The notes: a model not told the origin generated them from the sequence alone. 30,104 nucleotides of DNA from Octopus sinensis (GCF_006345805.1 NW_021833361.1:1-30104), one strand, 5' to 3'. Positions 1-10,239 are shown, numbered from the stretch's first letter. Translations and numbers: made by a program.

Positions 1-419
1 TCGGTTTGACCGGCAGTTTTTTAAATAATTTCCACTTTTAAACTTCGTATACTGGTAGAATGTGTTTATAAAACACCTTTTTCTCTTGGCTTTATTGAGA
101 AAATTCTATAGTTTGTAAGATATTTGTTGTTGTTTTTTGTTCAATTTCTGCAATTTCAACCAATCAATGATGTTTATTGAGGTGAAATCATTCTGTGCCG
201 TATGAATATGTCCCTCGTTTAAGAAACAAATTGGGTTTATTTACATTTCTGAAGAAAAAAAATATACCCTTTCCCTACCCCTAATCCTAACCCTAACTAT
301 TCCTAACTCTAACCCTAAAACAGATTGAAATACAATAGATCGATACTAGGGTCATAATTATGGGTGACAATTTCATATGACACCGCTAGAAAAAAACAGC
401 CGTTCAAACCGAAAGATCC
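1..419 (+). mobile_element. Merlin-like MITE, copy 1 (left TIR cut by the window edge)
   Basis: Begins inside the TIR (TCGGTTTGACCGGCAGTTTTT) and ends ...CAGCCGTTCAAACCGAAAGATCC. Colinear with copy 865-1291. Has an internal (CCCTAA)-like tract at ~275-318. Strand is arbitrary. Confidence 0.85.
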
Positions 420-420
420 C

Positions 421-1570
421 TGTTATTTATTTTACTTATATCTTCTTTTGATTATTGTATTTATTCGTACTTCTGTTTATATAGTTCTACGGAAATAAAC
501 GCTCTATGAAGTGTATGACACAAAAATTTTACGATCAGAATGCATTACTCGAAAGATACGTTTTAAGTAAAAATCAAGCTATGATATTACACTGAACTTG
601 ATCGAGAATAATCTAAAATTTTGGCATTTCTAAAAGGTTGAATGACCCAAGAATATCCTTACTAGAGAATTTGGTTACATTCGCACAGTTTGAGAAATAA
701 TTGAGCAGGAGGATCTTGGAGAACCTAAACTGAGCCTGGCCTGTAATTTCTTTATACTGTTATTTCTTTTCTTTATATCTTCTTTCGATTATCTATTTCA
801 TCGAACTTTTTTTTATATATGGTTACGGAAATAAATGTGCTAAGAGTTTTATGACACAAAATTGGGATCTTTTTGGTTTGAACGGTAGTTTTTTTAAATA
901 ATTTCCACGTAACTAAACAATTTTAAACTTCGTATACTGGTAGAATGTGTTTATAAAACATCTTTTTCTCTTGGCTTTATTGAGAAAATTCTATAGTTTG
1001 TGAGATATTTGTTGTTTTTTTTCTTCAATTTCTGCAATTCCAACCACTCACTGACGTCTATTGAGGTGAAAACATTCTGTGCCGTATGAATATGTCCCTC
1101 GTTTAAGAAACAGATTGGGTTTATTTACATTTCTGAAGAAAAAAAATACCCTTCCCCCCACCCCTAACCCTAACTCTAGCCCTAACCCTAAAACAGATTG
1201 AAATGCTATAGATCGATACTAGGGTCATAATTGTGAGTGACAATTTCATATGACACCGCTAGAAAAACTGCCGTTCAAACCGAAAAGATCCCAAAATTGT
1301 TACGATCGAAATATAGGTTGCAACCAAAATTCAAACTAAGATATTACAACGAACTTGAAAGAGAATATTCTAAAATTTCGGCTTTAAAAAAAAAAAGTCA
1401 ATGACCCAAAATATGCTTACTAGTACATTTGATTGCACTCGTATAAAATTCAAGAGATCATTAACGAGAAAGGACTTGAAGGGACCAGATTCAAACCCCA
1501 TTCATTTTTCATGCTGTTGTTTTAATTATCGTCTTCCATCGTATTTATTTCCCCACAAATAAACGTGCTT
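421..1570 (+). repeat. Degenerate ~340-bp tandem repeat (2 units plus the start of a third), interrupted by MITE copy 2; possibly decayed coding sequence
   Basis: Unit 1 (~421-757) aligns with unit 2 (~758-864 joined to 1300-1513): ACGGAAATAAA, ATGACACAAAA, TTACGATC, GATATTAC..GAACTTGA..GAGAATA.TCTAAAATT and AATGACCCAA recur in the same order. Confidence 0.7.
865..1291 (+). mobile_element. Merlin-like MITE, copy 2 (complete, 8-bp TSD CAAAATTG)
   Basis: TIRs GGATCTTTTTGGTTTGAACGGTAGTTTTT / AAAAACTGCCGTTCAAACCGAAAAGATCC. CAAAATTG is at both 857-864 and 1292-1299. GG...CC termini with an 8-bp TSD fit the Merlin/IS1016 superfamily; hAT is not excluded. No ORF. Confidence 0.85.
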
Positions 1571-1749
1571 CGCATCTTACTCCATCCAAACTCATATTCT
1601 ATACCGTCTCTCACCAAACACCCTTCTTCATTTCAAAACGTGTCGTTCACACCCCACTTTGCTTTGTAACGCAGTGAAATTTACGCATTTTTTGTATTAT
1701 TTTTAGACCCCTTGCGGTTAATAAAGAAAATATTATAAGAGAAACAAAC

Positions 1750-1808
1750 ACCACTACCACCACCACCAAAACCACCACCACTACTACTACTGCAGCTACT
1801 GCTGCTGT

Positions 1809-1839
<31 letters not shown>

Positions 1840-1959
1840 GGCAGTTGTGATATTGGTAGGAATAAAGTAATAGAATTATGAGAATCTGTTCGTAAATTGA
1901 TTTCTTTCTCACTACACACACACAACATATACATACGCAGACGCACATATATATATACG

Positions 1960-1993
<34 letters not shown>

Positions 1994-2128
1994 CGCACAC
2001 ACACATGTATATAGACTATACAAATATACATATATATATATACATATATATATATGCATATATATATATATATATACATATATACACTCATATATATATT
2101 ATATACACACATATATACACACACACAC

Positions 2129-2168
<40 letters not shown>

Positions 2169-2350
2169 ATGTTCGATGGATGTACGTATGTCGCGTCAGT
2201 AGAAGAAAAAACATACCGGTAATAGAAAGAAAAAATATAAAACCGCTCTCTTTCTCTCTCTCGTCACACACACACACACACATCCACACACTCACACACA
2301 CACGTAAGTAAACACACAAGTATAATACACACACATACATACACACGTAC
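1750..2350. repeat. Compound microsatellites: (CAC/TAC)n then (CA)n/(TA)n
   Basis: Directly visible simple repeats; they explain the ORF-track entries here. Confidence 0.95.
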
Positions 2351-2634
2351 ATTGTTCATCAGTTGAACAAGCTTTAATATCCAGGTCAGTTCACACGACA
2401 AACACTTCAAAAAAATAAATAAATATAAATAAAATTGTAAACGAAAAAAAACAAACAAATGCAAATCTCCAAATCAATTCACTTTCTATACACAGACTGT
2501 TGATATTGTGTTCCATGGTATAAAACTTTATCGTATACAATGTTATCACATACCTCCTTCTCCCAATAGCACAATGAATTTAGAGATGCTATCGGTGATT
2601 CCATCTCTTGCAAGACATTTTGTATTCTGCTATA

Positions 2635-2638
2635 TCTG

Positions 2639-2669
<31 letters not shown>

Positions 2670-2670
2670 C

Positions 2671-2747
<77 letters not shown>

Positions 2748-2982
2748 CATATAATATATATAACTGGTGATATCGTGGCTTTTGTTGTTGCTGTTGTTGC
2801 TGTTGCTGTTGTTGTTAATAGTTATTGTTATTAATGTTATTACTACTATTTCATTATTATTAGTATTCTTATTATTACTATTATTTATATTACTGACACT
2901 ACTATTATTGTTATTAATATTGCTGTTGTTATTGCTATTACCGCTATCATTAATATTGTCGTTGATTTTGTTGCTGTTGTTG

Positions 2983-3061
<79 letters not shown>

Positions 3062-3078
3062 TGCTGCTGTTGTTATAA
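2635..3078. repeat. (TA)n tract followed by a (TTG/TTA)n tract
   Basis: Directly visible simple repeats. Confidence 0.95.
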
Positions 3079-3236
3079 TGTTGAGAAGGCGATAATTCTA
3101 TATCATCTACTGTATCACTGTTTGCGCATAAATTTATATAATATGAGATATATGATAAATGTTAGAGATATAATTTTAATTTTCTTTTTGTAATACTTTT
3201 TACCTCAGTTACATTCTGCGCATACACACACACACA

Positions 3237-3425
3237 TCATCATCATCATTGTTGTTCGACCGTGGTCGAGACAATGGAATTTACTATGCTACGCCAGACT
3301 TCACGGTCCATCATAGCATTACGGAGGTCTTGTCGCTGGGTGCCTGTATCCCTGGCGATTACATCAGGGTAGGAGAGTGTGCACCCTCTGGTATCGCGAG
3401 TAGATGGATTCCAGAGGAGAAGAGT
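3237..3425 (-). mobile_element. 3' end of an RTE-type LINE with a (GAT)n tail
   Basis: Minus strand reads LLLWNPSTRDTRGCTLSYPDVIARDTGTQRQDLRNAMMDREVWRSIVNSIVSTTVEQQ*, followed by a (TGA)n tail. This matches the recalled RTE ORF C-terminal pattern LLLW.P....GRP..TY.D.L..DTG...EDL..AM.DR..WR. Confidence 0.8.
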
Positions 3426-3609
3426 AGAAATTGCCTCGTTTTCACACACACATACAGATACCCCCCCCCCACACACACACATATACACACACTCAAACAC
3501 GCACACAGACACACAGACATATATATTATAAGTCGATAAATCTTATGGTATACACCTGGTAGTTTGCTGGTAAAGTACGGTCACTGGCTCAGTGTTCGTT
3601 AGGTATGTA

Positions 3610-3918
3610 ATTAATATGTAAAACGGAAGGTGGAAAATACGAGAATCTTTAGTGATCACTACAGTTGCTTCGAACCATCTAGCATCGATGTATACCTTAA
3701 TTTACCATTTCTATACACGAAGAGCAAGAAGAAATTTTACGTTTATTTTAACGAGATACCGCTTGAAAGCAACTGAGAAAACACATCTACACCGAGATAT
3801 ACGCCTAAACCAGAAGTTCAGTATCTCAACTACGCGTGATCGATGCTAGATGAGTCGAAACAATTGTAGTGATCAATAAAGGTTCTCTATGTTCCACCTT
3901 CCGTGTTTCACATTAATC
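3610..3918. mobile_element. Fold-back/MITE-like remnant with ~80-bp inverted arms
   Basis: 3653-3689 TGATCACTACAGTTGCTTCGAACCATCTAGCATCGAT differs from the reverse complement of 3839-3875 at 4 of 37 positions. Homology continues outward (ACGGAAGGTGGAA / TTCCACCTTCCGT) to ~3610 and ~3918. Confidence 0.7.
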
Positions 3919-4446
3919 AAATATACACGTCCCTTGTGACTTGGAGTTTAGTTCCACTGCCTGACACCTTGTGCAAGTGTCTTCTACGATAGGTGACGCT
4001 GATTAATGGCATGCCAAACTACACACACATGCGAGTATGCCACCATTCCCCCGGAGTGGAAGATTGTTCCGTCGCAGAGTTATTCAAGTGCGTGAACTAG
4101 AGCAACCGGAAATGAAGTATTTTACTTCAGAACAATGCGAAAACGCCATTTAGGGATCGTGAGTGCGACATCCTAACCACCACGACACGCACCTTCAAAC
4201 ATTTATGTGTGTGTGTGTGTAATTATGAGACATTTGTATATGTATATAGGTGTGCGTATGTGTGTCTGTGTATGTATGTGACTGTGTATGTGTATACTTT
4301 ATAATATATATCTGTATATAAAAGTGTCTGTGTACGCGTGTGTGTCGTTTGGTATGCGTTAATCAGCCTCACGTATGGTAGAAGCCACTTGCACAAAGTG
4401 CCAGGCAGTGGAACTGAACTCCAAGTAAGGAGGTACGTGTATATTT
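3919..4446. repeat. Inverted pair of ~110-bp SINE-core-derived arms (3919-4030 / 4335-4446)
   Basis: AAATATACACGT...TTGGAGTTTAGTTCCACTGCCTGACACCTTGTGCAAGTG...GATTAATGGCATGCCAAAC is mirrored by the reverse complement of 4339-4446. The core resembles the SINE-A segment GGTTCAGTCCCACTGCGTGGCACCTTGGGCAAGTG. Confidence 0.75.
4088..4195 (-). mobile_element. Decayed 5' half of a tRNA-derived SINE (family D)
   Basis: Reverse complement resembles the head and core of the copy at 4501-4758 (GGTTAGGATGTCGCACTCACGATC...CCGGTTGCTCTAGTTCAC). Confidence 0.6.
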
Positions 4447-4500
4447 CAAACCTCGTGGCTTTTCCACATGGCTTATTATTTCATTATGTAGAGAGCCATG

Positions 4501-4758
4501 AAGGAGCGTGGTTAAGTGGTTTGGGTATTCGGCTCATGATCGTAAAGCCGTGAGTTCAATTCCCGACGGCACGTTGTATCCTTAGGAAAGACATTTTATT
4601 TCACGTTGCTCCAGTCTTCTCTGCTGGCAAAAATTAGTTGTATCTGTAATTCAAAGGGCCGGCCTTGTCACTTGTTACACTGAATCTCCTCGAGAACTTC
4701 GTTGAGGGTACATGTGTTTGTGGACTACTCAGCAACATGCACGTTGATTTAACGAGCA
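4501..4758 (+). mobile_element. tRNA-derived SINE (family D)
   Basis: A-box-like GTGGTTAAGTGG and B-box GAGTTCAATTCC, then TCCTTAGGAAAGACATTTTATTTCACGTTGCTCCAG. Same family as the minus-strand copy at 18789-19080. Confidence 0.8.
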
Positions 4759-4903
4759 AACAATTCTAAACCTCATGACATTGCTTCAAATAAATCTTAG
4801 TTTTATGACTGCGCCATTTAGAATGTCTGTCTACTCCACCAACTCTACCCCAAACAGACACTACCCTCTGTCTTCTCTCAGCCTTAAATATAGAAAGGAT
4901 TTG

Positions 4904-4934
<31 letters not shown>

Positions 4935-5845
4935 TATTAATAGTATTGTTGTTATACATACATACATACAAGCATACGTAATGATAATAATAATAAGTGG
5001 ATGTAACCACATGAACAAAATATAAGAGTAAACAAAAACAACAACAACAAAATCAAAATACAAATTACATGAACGTATATAAACAGAAGATACAAATATT
5101 ACAAGCACCCCCCCCCACACACACACACTAAATAAACATAGACGCACATAGAGATATAAGCATGCGCAAATAAAGACATACATTAGAAATACAAAATGGC
5201 TGACGGTTAGTAAGGAGAGACACAAATAAGAAAGAAGAAAACAAAAGACCACTGATGCGGTCACAGGAGTGTGACGAAAGAACTCTTGCCGAAATAAGAT
5301 TAAGATTAATGTAAAAAATAAATAAGACCGAAGCAAAATAACACCAAATATATAGTGCGTGTGTTTTTATTAACTAAACTGGCAAAATGACCATTCCGAA
5401 ATATAACAATATTTGTTTCAACACACGACTTCACATAAAAAAAATCTTGCACAACAAAAATATAAACGTAGGATTTGATAAACTGATCTATAAATTAAAA
5501 CTGACCCCATAATAAATCTAAATATTAGAAAAATCAGTGATAGGCAGCGTCTTCTTGAAAACAATTTCTGTTACAACTATGATGTTGTTGGTAAAAAATG
5601 TTCTTTTCTATCTCCTTATCCTCTTGGCGATTTTAGGTAAAATTATACTAATGTAACAAGTGACAAGGCCGGTCCTTCTAATTTAATTAAATTCTATGTC
5701 TTTGTGCAGCTGAAGATTGCTCTACATTTTAAATTGATGTAATGAAATGATTGCATTGTTCATTTAAATGGAGTTGCATGAAACGATCGTACTGCATTAC
5801 CTCTGGATATCCTTGTTGCTTATTTTGATTTTAATCACCTTATTT

Positions 5846-5883
5846 TGCCCGGCGTGCTAACGTTTCTGTCAGCTCATCGCCTT
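5846..5883 (-). mobile_element. Head fragment of SINE family B
   Basis: GCCCGGCGTGCTAACGTTTCTGTCAGCTC is nearly identical to 8531-8560. Confidence 0.7.
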
Positions 5884-6276
5884 CAAATCTCTGTATTCTT
5901 TGTATAGCTGCCAAGCAGATGGAAATGCCTTGTCTACAGTTGAGGAAAAGAGCACAAATTTCAATTAATTATGCGGAATGTGCGGCTCTTGTATCCTGGC
6001 TATAGCTTCTCAATCACGAATTTACTCGAGAAAGTATAAAACAAACTGACTTGCGTCCGTACAATGTGAAACATTATTTGGTTTAATGATTAGTTTTACA
6101 ATGAAGTATTCCAATAATTTTCCGTTTCGTCTTCCGGGAAGGACCATATATACGCAGTGATATATATATATTCATATACTGTATACACATGCGTAAAGAG
6201 AATTAACAGGTGCACCTATTACATAAATGCAAGTTTATTCAAACATTCAGTTATAGGTGTTTTCGTTTGTGTATAT

Positions 6277-6700
6277 ATATACATACATACACACATACAT
6301 ACATACATACATACACACATACATATACACATACATACATACATACATACATACATACATACATACATACATACATACACACATACATACATACATACAT
6401 ACATACATACATACATACACACATACATACATACATACACACATACATATACACATACATACATACATACATACATACATACATACACACACACGTACAT
6501 ACATACATACATACACACACACATACATACATACATACATACATACATACATGCACACACACATACATACATACACACATACTTACATACATACATACAT
6601 ACATACTTACATAAATACACACACATACATACATACACACATACATACATGCATACATACATACATACATACATACATACATACATAGACACATACATAC
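6277..6700. repeat. Long (TACA)n microsatellite
   Basis: Directly visible; source of the YIHT/MYVC pseudo-ORFs. Confidence 0.95.
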
Positions 6701-6708
6701 ATATATCT

Positions 6709-6828
6709 ATCACCGTGATCACCGTGACCGACCAGGCTATCATATGTTACACATCGCTAGTCACAATGCGCTTCGCAGTGTTTTAGCCTTCAAATGACGC
6801 CACCCCGCTGGCTAAGTGATCAGGCCAA
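6709..6828 (-). mobile_element. 3' fragment of SINE family C
   Basis: Reverse complement matches 23815-23934 (AGCCAGCGGGGTGGCGTCATTT...GCCTGGTCGGTCACGGTGA). Confidence 0.8.
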
Positions 6829-7026
6829 TATATATATATATATACACACACACACATATGTATCTATGTATGTATGTATATAGGTATGTGTATATATATA
6901 TATATACACATATATATGTGTGTGTGTCTGTGTGTGTGTACTTCTATTCTCAAGACAACCAAAATAGTGTTGTCACTTCGTGATCAGCTTCAGTTCAGCG
7001 TAAAAGGGAAACCTCAAAGTGAACAT

Positions 7027-7077
<51 letters not shown>

Positions 7078-7410
7078 AACACACACACATACATACAAAC
7101 CTTTATACACATGTACATATATATATATATACATAAGTAAATAGGCATTTATACGTATACATGCGTATGAAATTCAGCGATATAACTCACTTGTGTTGAC
7201 AAGAATTTCCTTCACAGACATTTAATAGGAAGTCTGGACACTATTAGACGTGTTATGTCGGAAGTATTTTCAGTGCAGCCAGATATAAAGTGAGGCCACT
7301 GAATGGTAGTCAAAGGTGTCGCTGCAATTGCACGAAATAGCAGCTAAAAATGTATCTAAACGAATGTATCCATTTCAAATAACACAAGAGCACACTGCAC
7401 CACAAAATCA

Positions 7411-7805
7411 GGATCTTTTCGGTTTGAACGGCAGTTTTTTTCTAGCGATGCCATATGAAATTGTCACCCATAATTATGACCCTAGTATCGATCTATTGCA
7501 TTTCTATCTGTTTTAGGGTTAGGGTTAGTTAGGGTTAGGGGTGGGGGAAGGGTATTTATCTGTTTCTTAAACGAGGGACATATTCATACGGCACAGAATG
7601 TTTTCACCTCAATAGACGTCATTGATCGGTTGAAATCGCAGAAATTGAAGAAAAAAACACCAAATATCATACAAACTATAGAATTTCTCAATAAAGCCAA
7701 GAGAAAAAGATGTTTTATAAACACATTCTACCAGTATACGAAGTTTAAAATGTTTTAGTTACCTAGAAATTATGTTAAAAACTGCCGTTCAAACCGAAAA
7801 GATAC
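7411..7805 (-). mobile_element. Merlin-like MITE, copy 3 (inverted, ~29-nt internal deletion at 7557/7558)
   Basis: Both TIRs are present (GGATCTTTTCGGTTTGAACGGCAG; CTGCCGTTCAAACCGAAAAGATAC). (TTAGGG)n at 7513-7541. No matching TSD. Confidence 0.85.
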
Positions 7806-7976
7806 AGAAACAGATTGGGTTTGTTTACATTTGTGAAGAAAAAAAGACACCCCCACCCCTAACCCTAACCCTAAAACAGATTGAAATGCAATATATCGAT
7901 TCTAGGGTCATAATCATGGGCGACAATTTCATATGACACCGCTAGAAAAAAACTGCCGTTCAAACTGAAAAGATCC
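7806..7976 (+). mobile_element. Merlin-like MITE, copy 4 (right half only), abutting copy 3
   Basis: AGAAACAGATTGGGTTTG...CCCTAACCCTAACCCTAAAACAG...CTGCCGTTCAAACTGAAAAGATCC matches ~1107-1291. Confidence 0.85.
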
Positions 7977-8044
7977 CTCATCCACGAACGACATAAAGCA
8001 TTTTTAAACAGGCGCATATAAACCACGTATGTATTTTTTCTTTT

Positions 8045-8150
8045 CTTTTATTCTTTTACTTGTTTCAGCCATTTGACTGCGGCCATGCTGGAGCACCACC
8101 TTTAGTCAAGCAAATCGGCCCCAGGACTACTACTTATTCTATCGGTCTCT
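8045..8150 (-). mobile_element. 3' fragment of SINE family A
   Basis: TTACTTGTTTCAGCCATTTGACTGCGGCCATGCTGGAGCACC matches the tails at 18358 and 29415. Confidence 0.85.
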
Positions 8151-8560
8151 TTTATTTCTTTATTGCCCACAAGGGGCTAAAGATAGAGGGGACAAACAAG
8201 GACAGACAAACGGATTAATTCGATTTCATCGAACCAGTATGTAACCGGTACTTATTTATTCGACCCCGATTGGATGAAAGGCTGAGTCGACTTCGGCAGA
8301 ATTTGAACTCAAAACGTAGCGGCAGACGAAATACCTATTTCTTTATTACCCACAAGGGGCTAAACACAGAGGGGACAAACAAGGACAGACATAGGTATTA
8401 AGTCAATTACATCGACCCCAGTGCGTAACTGGTACTTAATTTATCGACCCCGAAAGGATGAAAAGCAAAGTCGACCTCGGCGGAATTTGAACTCACAACG
8501 TAACGCAGACGAAATACCGCTAAGCATTTCGCCCGGCGTGCTAACGTTTCTGCCAGCTCG
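8151..8560 (-). mobile_element. Dimeric tRNA-derived SINE (family B): full unit 8336-8560 plus 5'-truncated unit 8151-8335
   Basis: Two tandem copies of CCCACAAGGGGCTAAA...GAATTTGAACTC...GACGAAATACC. B-box GAGTTCAAATT on the minus strand. Confidence 0.85.
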
Positions 8561-8569
8561 TACAGATGT

Positions 8570-8611
8570 ATCTCTCTCTCTCTCTCCTTTCCCTCTCTCT
8601 TCTCTGTCTCT

Positions 8612-8652
<41 letters not shown>

Positions 8653-8700
8653 CTCTCTCTCTATATATATATATATTATATATTATATATATATTTAAAT
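8570..8700. repeat. (CT)n and (TA)n tracts
   Basis: Directly visible. Confidence 0.95.
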
Positions 8701-8962
8701 TATACTAGCCATCTCAATATGGCTAACCACTAAAGTGGGTGTTACTGTAGCTTTTAGCCCCAGGAGATCATCGTCTCCAGCTGGCTTTAGGCAGCTAAGT
8801 GCGTATCACTTAGGTTTACGAGAGAGGGATGACCTCCCTTTGCAAATATCATAAAGGCACAGAAAGTGTACCTAAAGCCAGCTGGAGACGATGATCTCCT
8901 GGGGCTAAAAGCTACAGTAACACCCACCCTTAGTGGTTAGCCATATTGAGATGGCTAGTATA
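8701..8962. mobile_element. Young fold-back element (MITE-like or inverted retro-insertion): 91-bp arms, 79-bp spacer
   Basis: 8701-8791 equals the reverse complement of 8871-8962 except one substitution and one indel (CACTAAAGTGG vs CACTAAGGGTGG). TA/TATA at both outer ends. Confidence 0.8.
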
Positions 8963-9015
8963 CTTTACGTTGTCGAGCGGTTACTGTTTACATCTCGTTC
9001 AGAGATTTATTATTG

Positions 9016-9049
<34 letters not shown>

Positions 9050-9782
9050 CCTACCATAAAAGGCTAATATTGGTAAAATGAGACATACTTATCTACATGG
9101 CCGAAACAGCTGTAAGATGTAATCTATACTTATATTTATATTTACTTATATTATCTATTTTTTATTTATATTCTACTTATTATACAACAGTACACTTTTA
9201 TGTACACTTTTTTATGTACATTGTTTATGTACACTGCTTTGTTCTGCTTTTTATGTTTAACCCTACAGTCTCTCTGTGGTGGTTTAATAAGTATGTTTTG
9301 ATTGAGTTTTATCTGGTAATTGATATTTGATTTAGATGTATTTCTCCATTTTCTTTCTCTTGTATATTATATATATATATATATTATTAATTTATATAAT
9401 ATAGAGGGCATTATTACACATAAATGCCTCACACTAAGATGGACATAAGTCATTACTACCAAAAATTTCACTAATCATACCCAATACAGTTTTTCAAAGC
9501 AAGGCATTTAAAAAAATGCGTCTATGCTCATCGGTAGAACTGATTCTGAACACATCATAAATAAACGACCAACACCGTCGAAGTCGAACAGGCAACTGCT
9601 CTCTCCAACGAAGCACATGGAGATGTTTATAAATCATATATTCGGTAAATGGCGGGCTTTTTCGAACTGCATTTCGGATAGGAAAAGTTTTTTCGGAATA
9701 AATTTAACAATTAAGGATAACTTATATATATATATATATATATATACATACACACACACACACACACACCACACACATATAT

Positions 9783-9825
<43 letters not shown>

Positions 9826-9828
<3 letters not shown>

Positions 9829-10239
9829 CGCAGGAGTGGCTGTGTGGTAAGTAGCTTGTTTACCAACCACATGGTTCCGGATTCAGTCCCACTGCGTGGC
9901 ATCTTGGCAAGTGTCTTCTGCTATAGCCCCGGGCCGACCAATGCCTTGTGAGTGGATTTGGTAGACGAAAACTGAAAGAAGCCTGTCGTATATATATATA
10001 TATATATATATATAAGTATGTGTGTATGTCTGTGTTTGTCCCCCTAGCATTGCTTGACAACCGATGCTGGTGTGTCTACGTCCCCGTCCCTTAGCGGTTC
10101 GGCAAAAGTGACCGAGAGAATAAGTACTAGGCTAACAAAGAATAAGTCCTGGGGTCGATTTGCTCGACTAAAGGCGGTGCTCCAGCATGGCCGCAGTCAA
10201 ATGACTGAAACAAGTAAAAGAGTAAAAGAGTAAAAAGAG
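9826..10239 (+). mobile_element. Full-length tRNA-derived SINE (family A) with an internal (TA)n and a (GTAAAAGA)n tail
   Basis: Head AGGCGCAGGAGTGGCTGTGTGG (A box) ... GGATTCAGTCCC (B box), CORE-like ATCTTGGCAAGTG. Same family as 18350-18725 and 29395-29818. Confidence 0.9.

Noticed and set aside
275-318. (CCCTAA)n as a chromosome end or fusion site
   Set aside because: The tracts are short, degenerate and always at the same position inside the MITE.
3851-3875. GATGAGTC-GAAACAATTGTA, identical to the 17-kb HHR 3' half
   Set aside because: There is no CUGANGA with room for stem II and no stem I partner; it is part of the inverted arm of the 3610-3918 element.
5252-5290. CTGATGCG-GTCAC/GTGAC-GAAA hammerhead look-alike
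   Set aside because: The core has CG instead of A9, stem III is 2 bp, and no stem I can form.
5908-5968. Possible terminal exon after TTCTTTGTATAG (CQADGNALSTVEEKSTNFN*)
   Set aside because: Only 20 codons, no recognisable similarity; acceptor-like motifs are common in AT-rich DNA.
9488-9545. Minus-strand CCGAUGAG...hairpin...UGAAA
   Set aside because: There is no stem III/NUH geometry and no stem I complement.
9826-9900. tRNA genes at SINE heads (also 4501, 8500-8560, 23633)
   Set aside because: They have A/B boxes but no full cloverleaf, and continue into repeated SINE bodies.
10190-10220. SINE-A tail AGTC/GACT hairpin followed by GAAACAAGTA
   Set aside because: It resembles an HHR 3' half but has no CUGANGA upstream; more likely an ordinary SINE/LINE tail stem-loop.
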